Shown piece after piece: positions 26,146-40,500 of a DNA stretch of 64,000 nt (positions are counted from its first letter, which is position 1; each line of letters starts with the position of its first letter). The notes below the pieces were generated by a model. That model had not been told where the DNA came from. It ran no database searches and saw nothing but the letters and a program-made list of their open reading frames with translations. The stretch is from Octopus bimaculoides (Eukaryota), in assembly GCF_001194135.2 (NCBI RefSeq), contig NC_068984.1, positions 41,206,289 through 41,270,288 on the forward strand. Direction: 5' to 3'. A program made the translations under genes and the position numbers.

Positions 26146-27078
26146 ATCTATGGGCTCCATAAGTAAGTGCGGATAACTGCTGTGGAACTGTAGATTAATT
26201 AATCATTCATTCGTTTTTCACAGAATTAAGTTCAAAACAGAGCTGATACGAGCTCGAAGTAGAGTTAATATAAACGAAGACATGGTTTCTACTGGGGGAT
26301 AGCCTGTACTTTTTCTTGTATTTCACCATTTTCGGTGCTGCCATGTTGATTTAACATAAATGTTGAAAACCAGTTATATTCAAAATTAAAGAAAACAAAC
26401 GCGCTGGAATAAAAATAGACTTTATTTATAATAGAATGGAAATAAGTTGCCAACTGTTAGCTAAATGTCTCTTTCGCGTATATTATACATTCTCTTTCGC
26501 ACGTTTGTGTGTGCGTGTATAAATATGTTTAAACACAGGTGTGTAACTAAATTATTAAAATAGATTACATATCTTGTAAGAGTGGGCGAGATGATCCGCA
26601 CAGGTCTAGACAATATTTTTTAAAGCTGCAATTAGTTAAGTCCAATGACCACCAAATAAACCTCACGTAGATCATCTCTAACTTCCTCCCAAATTAATTT
26701 TCAAACCTTATTGCAATGAAGAGTGCTAAAGGTCGTTCAACTGTCAACGCTAGCATTTTAGCATCAGCAAATGTGATACAAGAACCAGTCACACGGTGGA
26801 TATACTTCCATATTGTCTTCCAAGAGAATTAGTGGGTGAAGATAAATGCCTCATAAATTTTGCGGCCTGTAATGACGATAAAGCTTTTGCTCTCTGGAAA
26901 ATACATTAGTTTTAATGGAGGTGTTGGTATTCTTTGGGGCTGAAAGAATATTTTTGTGGTGTGTGCATTCTAAATTGCCCAAAGATGGCGCCCACAACCG
27001 ATGACGTGTCAAAAGGCAAACATGGGCGAAAGTAAGCTTCCTATGATTAAGTATGGAAATTGTAACTTACTCTCCCAC

Positions 27079-27196
<118 letters not shown>

Positions 27197-27539
27197 CACA
27201 CATACACACATGCACACGCGCACACACACATGTGTGTATATGTATTTATATCTATGAGATGTTCGATATACATATGTATGTATACATGTGTACATGTGTG
27301 TGAATATACATACATATATAAAGTAAACTAAAGAATGAAGAAGGTGGTATTACGTTTTTTAATCACTGATGATCGTTTCATTAATCAGTAGAATTTTTTT
27401 AACACCAACGACGACCATTTGTAAATTAGTCTGTAGACATGATTAATAGAACTTTCATTAAATAACGTATTTAAAAAATCACTCCTTTCTCACCCATAGA
27501 CTAATAAGGCCGGTTTCCAGGTTTTCGTGGCGTATTTAT

Positions 27540-27757
27540 TCTTTACTCTTTACTCTTTTACTTTTTTCAGTCATTTGACTGTGTCCATGCAGGAGCATCG
27601 CCTTTAGTCGAGCAAATCGACACCAGGGCATATTCTTTGTAAGCCTAGTACTTATTCTATCGGTCTGTTTTGCTGAACCGCTAAGTTACGGGATGTAAAC
27701 ACACCAGCATCGGTTGTCAAGCAATGTTGGGGGGGACAAACAGACACACAAACATAT

Positions 27758-27811
<54 letters not shown>

Positions 27812-27975
27812 ATGACGGGCTTCTTTCAGTTTCCGTCTACCAAATCCACTCACAAGGCTTTGGTCGGCCCGAGGCTATAGTAGAAGACACTTGCCCGAGG
27901 TGCCATGTCGTGGGACTGAACTCGAAGCCATGTGGTTCGTAAACAAGCTACTTACCACACAGCCACTCCTACACC
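27540..27975 (-). mobile_element. SINE family B (tRNA head plus CORE-like domain), full length
   Basis: Minus strand: gtggctgtgtggtaagtagc (A box), ...ttcgagttcagtccc, ggcacctcgggcaagtgtcttctactatagcctc (CORE-like), internal TA/CA tract, tail aaagagtaaaag. Confidence 0.85.
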
Positions 27976-29258
27976 TATTTAAAGTGATTATTGAAACAAT
28001 CATCAGCGATTAAAAAATTCCTGTTTACTTTCACATTCGACGATGATAGTACCAACCTCATGATTCGTATTTTCCCAGGATTTACTGTTTGTGAGGAATG
28101 TTATTTGGATTAACGGAATATTTTTTTACTGATTTCTTTACCTATATATTCTGTTGAGCAAGATCTCTTATTGAGTGCTGACTCGGTATTCACCTAAATT
28201 CTCTGTGTACCTATTTCCTTAATATGCATGTAAATAAAATATCTAATATATATATATATATATATATATANNNNNNNNNNNNNNNNNNNNNNNNNNNNNN
28301 NNNNNNNNNNNNNNNNNNNNNNNNNNNNNNNNNNNNNNNNNNNNNNNNNNNNNNNNNNNNNNNNNNNNNNNNNNNNNNNNNNNNNNNNNNNNNNNNNNNN
28401 NNNNNNNNNNNNNNNNNNNNNNNNNNNNNNNNNNNNNNNNNNNNNNNNNNNNNNNNNNNNNNNNNNNNNNNNNNNNNNNNNNNNNNNNNNNNNNNNNNNN
28501 NNNNNNNNNNNNNNNNNNNNNNNNNNNNNNNNNNNNNNNNNNNNNNNNNNNNNNNNNNNNNNNNNNNNNNNNNNNNNNNNNNNNNNNNNNNNNNNNNNNN
28601 NNNNNNNNNNNNNNNNNNNNNNNNNNNNNNNNNNNNNNNNNNNNNNNNNNNNNNNNNNNNNNNNNNNNNNNNNNNNNNNNNNNNNNNNNNNNNNNNNNNN
28701 NNNNNNNNNNNNNNNNNNNNNNNNNNNNNNNNNNNNNNNNNNNNNNNNNNNNNNNNNNNNNNNNNNNNNNNNNNNNNNNNNNNNNNNNNNNNNNNNNNNN
28801 NNNNNNNNNNNNNNNNNNNNNNNNNNNNNNNNNNNNNNNNNNNNNNNNNNNNNNNNNNNNNNNNNNNNNNNNNNNNNNNNNNNNNNNNNNNNNNNNNNNN
28901 NNNNNNNNNNNNNNNNNNNNNNNNNNNNNNNNNNNNNNNNNNNNNNNNNNNNNNNNNNNNNNNNNNNNNNNNNNNNNNNNNNNNNNNNNNNNNNNNNNNN
29001 NNNNNNNNNNNNNNNNNNNNNNNNNNNNNNNNNNNNNNNNNNNNNNNNNNNNNNNNNNNNNNNNNNNNNNNNNNNNNNNNNNNNNNNNNNNNNNNNNNNN
29101 NNNNNNNNNNNNNNNNNNNNNNNNNNNNNNNNAGAAACAGGAGTGTATAGCAGTGAAGTAGAAGTTAGAATAACAGAAAGAAGCAGAGCGAGACGGGGAG
29201 ATGGGTAAGAAGAAAAATAGATAGGTAGATAGAAAGATAGAGGAAGACAGATAGATAA

Positions 29259-29291
<33 letters not shown>

Positions 29292-29390
29292 CAGACAGAG
29301 TCACGTCAGAATAATAAAGCATAGTCTTACTTGCAAAATGGACGTGTGCGTTCAATGATGTAATAATACAAAAAATATATATGCATGTAT

Positions 29391-29438
<48 letters not shown>

Positions 29439-29476
29439 GCTTGATAATGTTTTTGTTATGATATAATATAACATAC

Positions 29477-29608
<132 letters not shown>

Positions 29609-29783
29609 TGCAAGTATGTACTACCACAGTTACTGTAATACTTATTAAATATATTAGTTTACAGGCTCTTCAGTATGAAACACTTTCTGAAACGCAATTT
29701 TTAAGTCTACAGTGCTAATTACTGTGCATTACACGCATGCACGCACACCCACGCACACACGCACACAGACACAGACACACACA

Positions 29784-29816
<33 letters not shown>

Positions 29817-29825
29817 GCGCACGCA

Positions 29826-29894
<69 letters not shown>

Positions 29895-30375
29895 ATATAT
29901 ATATAATACATGCTAACTAGCTTTTTCAGACTTAAAAATTACGTTTCAGAAAGTAAGTAAACTTATTGTAAACATACTGTAAAATCTAGGCTTGTATACA
30001 TGGGTGGAGCCATGATTTTGACTGAGGGGTTTCATACTTCAACAGAAGTATGTATTGACGTCAAATTTGCGTTTGTGAGTACATGCACATGTAAATTACA
30101 TATACGTACAAGGCACAGTGGTGTTCATTCGAACCTGTCGAGACCACACCGGTGACAGCGTTTGCGATATATAATTAGGTTTGCATCATCACATTATTTG
30201 GGTAACTGCATGAAATCTAACGTATGCATTTTGATTCATCAAACGAACCTATCTCGGCAGGCTTGTAAATGAGCCTGCGAAACTTTAAGTTGCATGGAGC
30301 CGAATCATAATGTTATTAAATAATATATGTAACTCGTACCAAATGGATGGAATGCCACTCTCGTTTGTCCACTTA

Positions 30376-30439
<64 letters not shown>

Positions 30440-31034
30440 CGTGTGTGTGTATACATGTATATGTATCTATATATGTATGTATGTGTGTGTATGTATGTAT
30501 AACATTTAGTATATTTTAGTCGTGCCTGTCTCATCTCTTGAATTTTGCCTGTGTTCATGGGGCTATTAAGTATCTGCGTGAAGCAGTGATGAAAAATAAA
30601 CAAACTTTATATCAGTTCAAATTCGTCTGGAACATATGTCAACTTGAAATATGTCCCCAAAATATTTGAAATGATGTAAAATTTATGCACAAATATTCAC
30701 ACACACATACATACATACATACATATATACATACATACATACACACATACAGGTGTGTGTGTGTGTGTTTGTGTGTGATGTGTGTGAGAGAGATATATGT
30801 GTGTGTATGTGTGGGTGCGTATATGTGCGCGTGTGTGGGATCAAAAAAACTCTAAAAAGACTAGTGTTGATCTGCGTCGACAAGACTTGTATTATTTTGT
30901 AAAATCAACAAAAATAGTACAGTAAATCTACGATGGAGAGTGGAAAATACTACGTTTCGGGCAGAGTCTTTTTTCAGGGACGCTATGGCTCAGGTACAAG
31001 GACACACTGAAGTGTAATCTTTCGGCAGTCATTG

Positions 31035-31336
31035 TTGTTGTTGGCACTCCGTCGCTTACAACGTCGAGGGTTCCAGTTGATCCGATCAACAGAACAGCCT
31101 GCTCGTGAAATTAACGTGCAAGTGGCTGAGCACTCCACAGACACGTGCACCCTTAACGTAGTTCTCGGGGATATTCAGCGTGACACAGTGTGACAAGGCT
31201 GACCCTTTGAAATACAGGCACAACAGAAACAGGAAGTAAGAGTGAGAGAAAGTTGTGGTGAAAGAGTACAGCAGGGTTCGCCACCATCCCCTGCCGGAGC
31301 ATCGTGGAGCTTTAGGTGTTTTCGCTCAATAAACAC
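31035..31336 (-). mobile_element. SINE family C (head in gap)
   Basis: ggcactccgtcgcttac...gagggttccagttgatccgatcaac...gctcaataaacac; near-identical to 46823-47102. Confidence 0.85.
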
Positions 31337-32020
31337 NNNNNNNNNNNNNNNNNNNNNNNNNNNNNNNNNNNNNNNNNNNNNNNNNNNNNNNNNNNNNNNN
31401 NNNNNNNNNNNNNNNNNNNNNNNNNNNNNNNNNNNNNNNNNNNNNNNNNNNNNNNNNNNNNNNNNNNNNNNNNNNNNNNNNNNNNNNNNNNNNNNNNNNN
31501 NNNNNNNNNNNNNNNNNNNNNNNNNNNNNNNNNNNNNNNNNNNNNNNNNNNNNNNNNNNNNNNNNNNNNNNNNNNNNNNNNNNNNNNNNNNNNNNNNNNN
31601 NNNNNNNNNNNNNNNNNNNNNNNNNNNNNNNNNNNNNNNNNNNNNNNNNNNNNNNNNNNNNNNNNNNNNNNNNNNNNNNNNNNNNNNNNNNNNNNNNNNN
31701 NNNNNNNNNNNNNNNNNNNNNNNNNNNNNNNNNNNNNNNNNNNNNNNNNNNNNNNNNNNNNNNNNNNNNNNNNNNNNNNNNNNNNNNNNNNNNNNNNNNN
31801 NNNNNNNNNNNNNNNNNNNNNNNNNNNNNNNNNNNNNNNNNNNNNNNNNNNNNNNNNNNNNNNNNNNNNNNNNNNNNNNNNNNNNNNNNNNNNNNNNNNN
31901 NNNNNNNNNNNNNNNNNNNNNNNNNNNNNNNNNNNNNNNNNNNNNNNNNNNNNNNNNNNNNNNNNNNNNNNNNNNNNNNNNNNNNNNNNNNNNNNNNNNN
32001 NNNNNNNNNNNNNNNNNNNN

Positions 32021-33250
32021 CAAAACGTAAATAGCATGAAATACAAAAACAAAGCTGGGTACGCAAACAATGAGGGAAACAAATGGAAAACAAAAGAAGT
32101 AACATAAAGAACGACCCTTCATCAGTTGTCAGCTGTCCATCTACTCCTAATTTCGAGCACTGAACGATAATGTGAGAGTTGGAAGGCAGTTGCTCCCACA
32201 AAAGCCAAAATAAATTTTGAATTTTGCGGAGGGTCAAAGTTGGTAACAAAAACAGGACAGTGAAGACATACAAGGAAACCGAACGAAAACAAACATGGAG
32301 AGTCGTTAGACTAGACGAGGTAGAGTAACGAACGCTGGGGAAATATTGTTTTTGACAAGAGAAAAGATAGAAGAGGAGACAGATAGAAATACGTGTAGTC
32401 TGTGCGACAGCGCCGAAGGAAAAGAAAGATGGTCATGCGAGGAAAAGAAAGATAGACGATGGTCCCGTGTGAGCAACGAGAGGGAGAGTAAAAGAGAAAG
32501 GGAGAGAGAGAGAGAGACAGATAGAAAACGGTGAAGGGGAGACAAAAGAATTAGAAAAAGGATGAGTGATAAAACGAAAGGGGGAGAGAGAAAAATAATG
32601 GGTAGAGTCGCATCAAAAATATATTACGATAAACATACTTAGAAATAATACACATATATATATATGCATATATACATGCATATATGTACATACATATATA
32701 TACATGCATATATATATATACACACACACACATATGGGTACAGGACATCACAAAACGTAAACAACATGAAATACGAAAACAAAGTTGGGTACGCAAACAA
32801 CGAGAGAAACAAATGGAAAACAAGAGAAGTAACATAAAGAACGATCCTTCATCAGTTGTCCGGTGTCCATCTACTCCTCATTTCGAGCACCCAACTTTGT
32901 ATTCGTATTTCATGCTGTTTACATTTTGTGACATCCTGTACCCATATATATATATATATATATATATAATTCATATTATTACTTGATTGCACGCAACACA
33001 TCCATCTCCGAGTAAGTTTATCTTAATATATTTTTGATGCGACTCTACCCTTTACTGTTCTCACTCCCACTTTTCGTTTTTTCTCTCATCCTTTCTCTAA
33101 TTCTTTTCTTCTTCCCTTCACCGTTTTCTATGTCTCTCTCTCTCTCACTCTCTCTCTCACTCTCTCTCTCCCTTTCTCCTTTACTCTCTCTTGTTGCTCA
33201 CACGTGACCATCGTCCATCTTTCTTTTCTTCATGTGATCATCTTTCTTAT
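32021..33250. mobile_element. TA-associated repeat cluster (family H2, probably PLE-derived) in direct and inverted copies
   Basis: 32021-32150 repeats at about 32745-32890. About 32420-32640 is inverted at about 33010-33250. 32730-32790 is inverted at about 32890-32947. Confidence 0.7.
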
Positions 33251-33278
33251 GAAGATACCTAGCTAGCTAGCTAGCTAG

Positions 33279-33335
<57 letters not shown>

Positions 33336-33399
33336 AGAGGGGGAGAAAGAGAGAGAAAGAGATGGCGAAATAATCATTGGAGTTGCTTTACCCCATGCA

Positions 33400-34060
33400 G
33401 AATCTGCAGCAGCTACTCAGATGTTTTGCAGACTCTTCTAAATCCATCATATCTGCGCTCAAACTGAGCAATGCAAGTGAATCTGACTCACCTTCCCAGA
33501 GGCGATAGCAGTGTTAGCAGTCCAACCAGACATGTTCCGGTCTCCAGGAATACAAAAAAAAAAAAAAAAAAAAAAACAATCATCGTGGTCGAACTTATAG
33601 AGAGTACAGATTTGATGTTTGTCACCAACTAAAGAAAAGCAAATATGAAGTTTTGATTGACAAGGCCCTTTTCAAAAGATGACATGCGGTCTCATTCCGT
33701 ACTGAAGTCAGCCGCCGAGGCTTTTCAGCGAAGTCATTGCGCATATTTCCAGCAGGAAACTGGTCTAGAACTGAAACATCTGAAAAGAAACCACCAAAGA
33801 GATAAGCATTGTAGGTGAAACCAGTTCAAGATAGCTTTGATTAGTAAGAGACCGCAAGTGGAACCCTTATGCAAGCGAAGACAAATTCACTACTCGCTGC
33901 CCCACTCAAGCGAAGTGTACAGGCTAAGGGGCGAAATGTCTCTGACCCTGAGATACTTTCAGACGATACAGAAGAGTTTCCAACGTTGCGATAGATTTAG
34001 AAGAGCTTAGAAAACTTCTGAATAGCTCCTGCAGTTCCTGTGTGAGGCAAAGCATCTCTG
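33400..34060 (+). mobile_element. HERO-like (R2-group, RLE) retrotransposon 3' end
   Basis: LTFPEAIAVLAVQPDM..., TIIVVEL, LKKSKYEVLI, EVSRRGFSAKSL match the RLE pattern RPD..IVVELT..K..KY..VEVGCRGF. Confidence 0.7.
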
Positions 34061-34732
34061 ATGTCTATTTCACCTAGTGTATATATATATATGTATCTAT
34101 AACACATGTGTGTATAAACCGGGGCGTTAACGAATTTATTGTATATTTTGTTTATACTATAGACTAACATCCAGGTAAATAAAATTCTCTTTTACACGGA
34201 AAAATATTGCGAAATAATGTCAAGTATGTGCTTACATATTTAAATTAGTTAACATAAAAGTTGTTTATTTCACAAATCTAACAACACTCAAGTAAATTCC
34301 CTTGAATCATGTAATATGCCATTGTATGTATTCTACTTCCGCTGCTCTGGCCAAAGTAAACAAACATATTTCCTAAAATTATTTCAGTTTATTTATCCTT
34401 CACCTTTAGTCTTTCAATGAGAGCCCAGATTAAATTAGAATCGCATATTCCACCGACCAATGATAATTCTTCTCATTACAGTAACCAATAAAACTTTTCA
34501 GCGCTCTTTTGCTAAAATGGCTTACAAGTTCTGCCTTATTTATAAAATTGTGGGTGGAAAGTGAGAGAGGAATGTTGAAAAATGAAAACATGTGTGTGCT
34601 AGTATATTTTTATTCACTTTCTCAACGGCCTTGTTAATGTTTACATTCACACATGTTTAAATCATAATATATCTTTTCAAACCCATCTGTTCCTATCATG
34701 CTTTCAGAATAATTAAATGAAGAGGAGAGCGA

Positions 34733-34776
<44 letters not shown>

Positions 34777-35529
34777 GAAAAAGAAAGAAAGATAGATAGA
34801 TAGAAAGATGTATCAAATTAACAATTGTTTGTAAATGTCACGAATCTTTGATATCTGATTATGCACACACTCCCCCCCCCCACCACGTACACACACATAT
34901 TCCTTATGTAGTTTGAATTTTACCAGAAAACTGATTCCAGACAAGGAAACAAAGTAAAAGAAACAATGTAAATATAGAAATAAAGCAAATCCCAAATTAA
35001 ACCATTACGATAATGCTCTTCATTAACAATTTTCTCATATTGTAAATATTTGGCGTTTTTTGCAGATAATTTTCAGATTTGGTTAAATTTCAGGAATTTA
35101 TGAGTATTCAAGCGAACGCATTTGTATGTATGATTTTTGTATGTTAGTGTACACTTGAGTATATCTTTTTAAAATACGTATAACAGGCTGTAAGTTTATC
35201 AGATGAATGGCTATAACTTATAACTTATACAAAGAATAACCCTAATTTATCATATAATGTTACTGTCGTATCGTGCTGAAATAATCAAATGTAATAATCA
35301 AGTGCTGTAGTCGCTTGTTGTCCTAAACTAGTTTTGGTCAGTTTATATATATAATGCTCCTATAAGTTGCGTAACAATGACATCAGTGTTAGTTCTTTTA
35401 AAACTGAACCCGCTTTTTTATTGTCCCTCATAAGCAACCCACGCTAGTTATTATTGGTGGACGTTGTCAGCGACGTATGTAGTTCTTTCATTTATCAACG
35501 TTACTACAGTTACAAATGAAGAAATTTAC

Positions 35530-36070
35530 CAAATAATCATTACAAAGACCTTATCTTCAAAAGTTGTGTCAAATCCAGCAGTGTTGTATGCATTTTATCT
35601 GTGATAGCTGGGTTAAGAACTTGTATGATTTGAACAGACGCTCTCACGAGCTGGCAGGAATAAGTGAATGCATAGAGAGTTGCCTGAGAAGCAGGTTCTT
35701 CGACTGCCACAATTACAAAAGCAGAGCAATCTCGTGCAAGAAGTTGCAGTGCTGACACACACTGATTTTTAAATTTACTTTGATCTTTTCTCAGAGCAAA
35801 TAGATGTTTGGTAAAGGTTATATTATAAGGCTTTACAAAAATGGCTTCAGATAAGTTCAGTAACTCATCTACTCATACAATGTGCAACGTGATTTTAAAA
35901 ATTTGCAGTGTTATATTATTTACCCGAATATGTGGTTTGTTAGCATCTGTAATAACATTGGAGAGTGCGGTGGAAATCAATGAATGTTCTCTGCCATTTT
36001 CGCCATCTGATTCTGTCGTTGACGAATTTCATTCAAATCTATTGAGCTTCAAATATCTTTCCATTTTATG
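35530..36070 (-). mobile_element. hAT transposase C-terminal (dimerisation) relic
   Basis: LIPASS*ERLFKS at about 35626-35665 resembles SIPASSASxERLFS; several stops. Confidence 0.45.
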
Positions 36071-36928
36071 TTATTCAGTTTAATGAGATTTTATAAGAAG
36101 CAAAAGAACTTTATTTGACTGATTAATAGAACATTCGAAACGTCATGTTACATATACTGATCAGGTGACCAGATGGGTAGTGTAACCGCTTCTTGAACAG
36201 GAAATTCATTCTCAACTTGCGTGATAGTTTGTTTGCTTTGCCTAGATATGTAAATTGCTGTTGCTGTAAATGTGTAATAGTTATGTTGCTTCAAGTTCTG
36301 GGTTCAAATCCTGTCAGGGTTGGCTTTGCCTTTCATACTGCCGGGGATGACATTGCCTTACATACTTCGGGGGTTGAAAAAAGAAGTACTCGAAAAGTAC
36401 TGAATTTGACTTTATCCTTCTTCAAAATCTGAGACTTTGTACCTATGGTAGAAATCAGCTGTCACCATTCTTCTGGGTTCGAAAACAAATTAGTAAGGAT
36501 AAAGTGTTAGAGCCAATCTAATCGACTATACCTTCCAACAAAATTTGAAACAATGTCCCTATATTTAAAAATCATTATTGAAACGTAGTTCTGATCAGAT
36601 ATACAAAAATAAATTTATGGCGCAGAAGTTTGAGATCAAATATTTGGGAAAGCAACTAGTAGAATCAACATCCTGAATTCTATGCTTGTATAATATTCAA
36701 CTTGTTAAAATACTTTTCTTTGTTTTTATAATGTTCGGTGTTCGCCCATCGTTCAGATCAGGGCAGTTCCAAAGAATTTTAAAGTTTTGAGACATCTGGT
36801 TTCCATTTTAAGGAACGTAATAAGTTTGTTTACGGATATTTGGGTGTTAGAACGAGTCGAGTGACTATATATATAGAAGTTCTTAGTTGGTTTGAATGTG
36901 CGTATGCGAAAGACCTGCTGATATTAGA

Positions 36929-37010
<82 letters not shown>

Positions 37011-37099
37011 GGTGTCAGTGTCAGGAGGTTAGTCGGTACTTTTTACCCCAGTACTTAACTAACACTTTATTTTATCAACCCCGAAAGAATGAAGGACAA

Positions 37100-37400
37100 A
37101 GCACAGGATACCTTGTCCTGGCTTGTCTCTGGATCATGTCATTTGGATGGAAAGGGTCTATGAGGTGTTGTGCAAGCCTTATTGGACCTAAAATTCTAGG
37201 TTGTTGGATCTAAAATCGAGGCAACTACTGATGCCCGGTCGAGCAGCTGGGCACCTCGGCAAGCATGGAAGCCGCGGGCGCGAACTCGGGTGAAGCTGAC
37301 TGCTGGAACCCGGTTGAAGCCGACTGCTGGTGCAATAACCTCATGCACGGACATTGCTGGTATTTTACATGGGCAATGGTCAGTGATGGTCTTTCTTGGT
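37100..37400 (-). mobile_element. Possible Gypsy gag fragment
   Basis: GC-rich island; SVVASILD and AQHLIDPFHPND..QR weakly resemble the Gypsy gag N-terminal helices. Confidence 0.3.
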
Positions 37401-37810
37401 CACGAATGAACGACCAAGACAGAGATGTATGTATGTATGTATGTATGTATATATGTATGTATGTATGTATGTATGTAGTTATGTATGTATGTCATTATTC
37501 AGTTTTATTTCAAGATAGAAGCACATATATATGGAGGTGAGTCTTATGCCTATAGATTCGCACGTGCATCCTTGGGCACTAGGGCATATTTGCGTATGTA
37601 TTTACATAAAAAAAAGAGTGGCTACATGCTATACACGCATGCTCAGTCATAGCATATAAACATTTATTTGCGTGTATGCTGTGTGCGCATATATGTTGTT
37701 ACTGCGGTTATGAAGTGTGTGTACGTGTGTGTGCATGAGTGCACGAATGTGTATGTTTACTGTGACGTAGACCAACAGTTAACAATCCCAGCACCAACTA
37801 TCCACTGAGA

Positions 37811-38158
37811 CAGTGCTTCTCAACCGGGGTCCATATAAGGATCCATGTATTTTTAGGGATCTACGCGACAAAATAGTAAATTTGGGAACCTGAAACAAAT
37901 TTTAAGCCCCCCCCCACCTAAAATTTTTTTACTTTAGATTGATATTGATATGTATTGCAAGAAACAGCTTAGTCTCTTTCTCTAACATTTTACGTAGTTC
38001 AACCTACACAAGCTAGTTTGTGAAAAACAAAATAGGAATTTCGAAAGAAGTTTCTGTAAGACTAGTCTTTAAACATCGAATGGCTATGGGGATCCACCAG
38101 AATAAAATATTAATCGAAGGGGTCCATAGTTAAAAAAAAAAATCATTAAGAACCCCTG
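37811..38158. mobile_element. hAT/Charlie-type MITE, 348 bp
   Basis: TIRs cagtgcttctcaa / ttaagaacccctg; decayed 8-bp TSD cactgaga / cactatga (6 of 8). Confidence 0.75.
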
Positions 38159-40167
38159 CACTATGAAATCAATACTTTGGGGCCAGCTAGTCTCTGTCAT
38201 TACCCATCCCAACTAATTAAATATGTTCAACAACCATTCTTTTTTCTCTTCAACAACAGCAACTATCTACTCCTATCTCTCCCTCTTTCTTTTCCCTCAC
38301 CTTTTCTTCACTCCTAATAACATTATACGATTCCCACATCCACATGTCTGGACTCATCCTTTCCTTGTCTTACTTCTTGACCGTTTTATTTCTTCAAACA
38401 TTTGTATTTTTTTCTTCTTTTCTTCTGGCTTCACCATTCATTTCAACTCACGCCTACGGTGAGTTAACTTGAGAATTCTAAGTGACAGTACTACCTTCAT
38501 GTAAGTGAGGAATTCTCAGTCTGATGATTAGTTAAGCTGAGCACTCCTCATTGAGTAGTTATTTCATCAAAGGAGCATCTAGCTAAGAAACGTGTAGCCT
38601 GAATTTTACCCGTTCCACTCAATTTGTATATATATATATATATATATATNNNNNNNNNNNNNNNNNNNNNNNNNNNNNNNNNNNNNNNNNNNNNNNNNNN
38701 NNNNNNNNNNNNNNNNNNNNNNNNNNNNNNNNNNNNNNNNNNNNNNNNNNNNNNNNNNNNNNNNNNNNNNNNNNNNNNNNNNNNNNNNNNNNNNNNNNNN
38801 NNNNNNNNNNNNNNNNNNNNNNNNNNNNNNNNNNNNNNNNNNNNNNNNNNNNNNNNNNNNNNNNNNNNNNNNNNNNNNNNNNNNNNNNNNNNNNNNNNNN
38901 NNNNNNNNNNNNNNNNNNNNNNNNNNNNNNNNNNNNNNNNNNNNNNNNNNNNNNNNNNNNNNNNNNNNNNNNNNNNNNNNNNNNNNNNNNNNNNNNNNNN
39001 NNNNNNNNNNNNNNNNNNNNNNNNNNNNNNNNNNNNNNNNNNNNNNNNNNNNNNNNNNNNNNNNNNNNNNNNNNNNNNNNNNNNNNNNNNNNNNNNNNNN
39101 NNNNNNNNNNNNNNNNNNNNNNNNNNNNNNNNNNNNNNNNNNNNNNNNNNNNNNNNNNNNNNNNNNNNNNNNNNNNNNNNNNNNNNNNNNNNNNNNNNNN
39201 NNNNNNNNNNNNNNNNNNNNNNNNNNNNNNNNNNNNNNNNNNNNNNNNNNNNNNNNNNNNNNNNNNNNNNNNNNNNNNNNNNNNNNNNNNNNNNNNNNNN
39301 NNNNNNNNNNNNNTGTGGTACTTAAAATGTTTGAGGCACCACAATTTAGTAGGGTAAAAACCAAAAACAAAATCAAGAGATTTGGTGAATAAAATTTGAA
39401 GAAAAGCAACAACAATTCATTAGGTTATAGCAGTACGTACGTTTCGTACAAACTTCATTTATTAATGTAGTGAGAACACCACATAAGATGTGCAATGAAA
39501 ACGTACTACTCAGCTGCATAATGGAAGTTCATTTTAGAAAGACATTTTGTAGATGTGTGCAAATACAAGAGTAGGAGATGAAGAAAATACCATCTTGACT
39601 GGGCTGTTAATCAACAGTCTAGTGAATCAAACAAAATTTAATTTCTATATATTCTAATTGGAGGGGTAAGATAGCAGTAATTTCAACTTAGAGAAATTTA
39701 GATTTATATATATATATATATATAAAATGCTGCTTCTAAACGTTCTTCACTAATATATGTTATTTTCATCGATATCTAGTCTCTCTTTCACCGATTGGTT
39801 GTAAAATCAGCAGAACGCCAAGCAAAATGCCTTACGATATTTAGTTATGCTGTTTATGTTCCAAGGAGCTGTCTACTTTTATTCATTTACAGTTGATAAA
39901 ATAAGTGATAAAACAAGTAACCATGATGTACTGTATCGATTTAGTTGACTGTCTCATTCTGCAGAATTTGTGGCTTCGTGCCAATGTTAGAGATCAATAC
40001 TTGCTTCAACAGAAAATGCTTAGATTTTACCTGTTCCTCGTTAATTCTGCGACTAGACTAATAAATAATATTGAATTTATGGTAAGTCGTGTAGATAGAA
40101 ACAGATGCCAGCAGAGAAAAAGAAAATGCACTGAAATATTTATGAGCGTTTCTTTGTTATCTGCAAT

Positions 40168-40500
40168 GTTGAACTCAGACATGGCTGTGTGGTTAAGAAG
40201 CTCGTTTTGCAACCATATAGTTTCGGGTTCAGTCCCACTGCTCGGCACCTTGGGCAAGTGTTTTCTACGTGGCCCCGGGTAGACCAATACCTTATGAGTG
40301 AATTTGGTAGACGGGAACCTGTGTGGGAGCCTGACTTACATATACGTGTGTATGTCTGTATGTCTGTATTTGTCCCGCCCTCTATCGCTTGATAACCGGT
40401 GTTGGTTTGTTTACGTCTCCGTAATTTGGTATCCGACTATAGGGATTGGATGAATATGTACCCGAATTTTAAAAAGATAAGTTCTGAGGTCTATCTTTCC
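40168..40500 (+). mobile_element. SINE family B
   Basis: gacatggctgtgtggttaagaag...gggttcagtcccactgctcggcaccttgggcaagtg... Confidence 0.8.

Noticed and set aside
26224-26354. Acceptor followed by an apparent GPI-anchor-like hydrophobic C-terminus
   Set aside because: The open frame stops at 26299-26301, and the hydrophobic stretch is in another frame preceded by stops.
35564-35755. 63-aa Cys-rich ORF resembling a secreted peptide
   Set aside because: No signal peptide and a non-ATG start. It is the in-register antisense of a hAT dimerisation-domain relic.
36119-36150. CUGAUUA...CGAAACGUC
   Set aside because: G8 is mutated and neither stem I nor stem II pairs.
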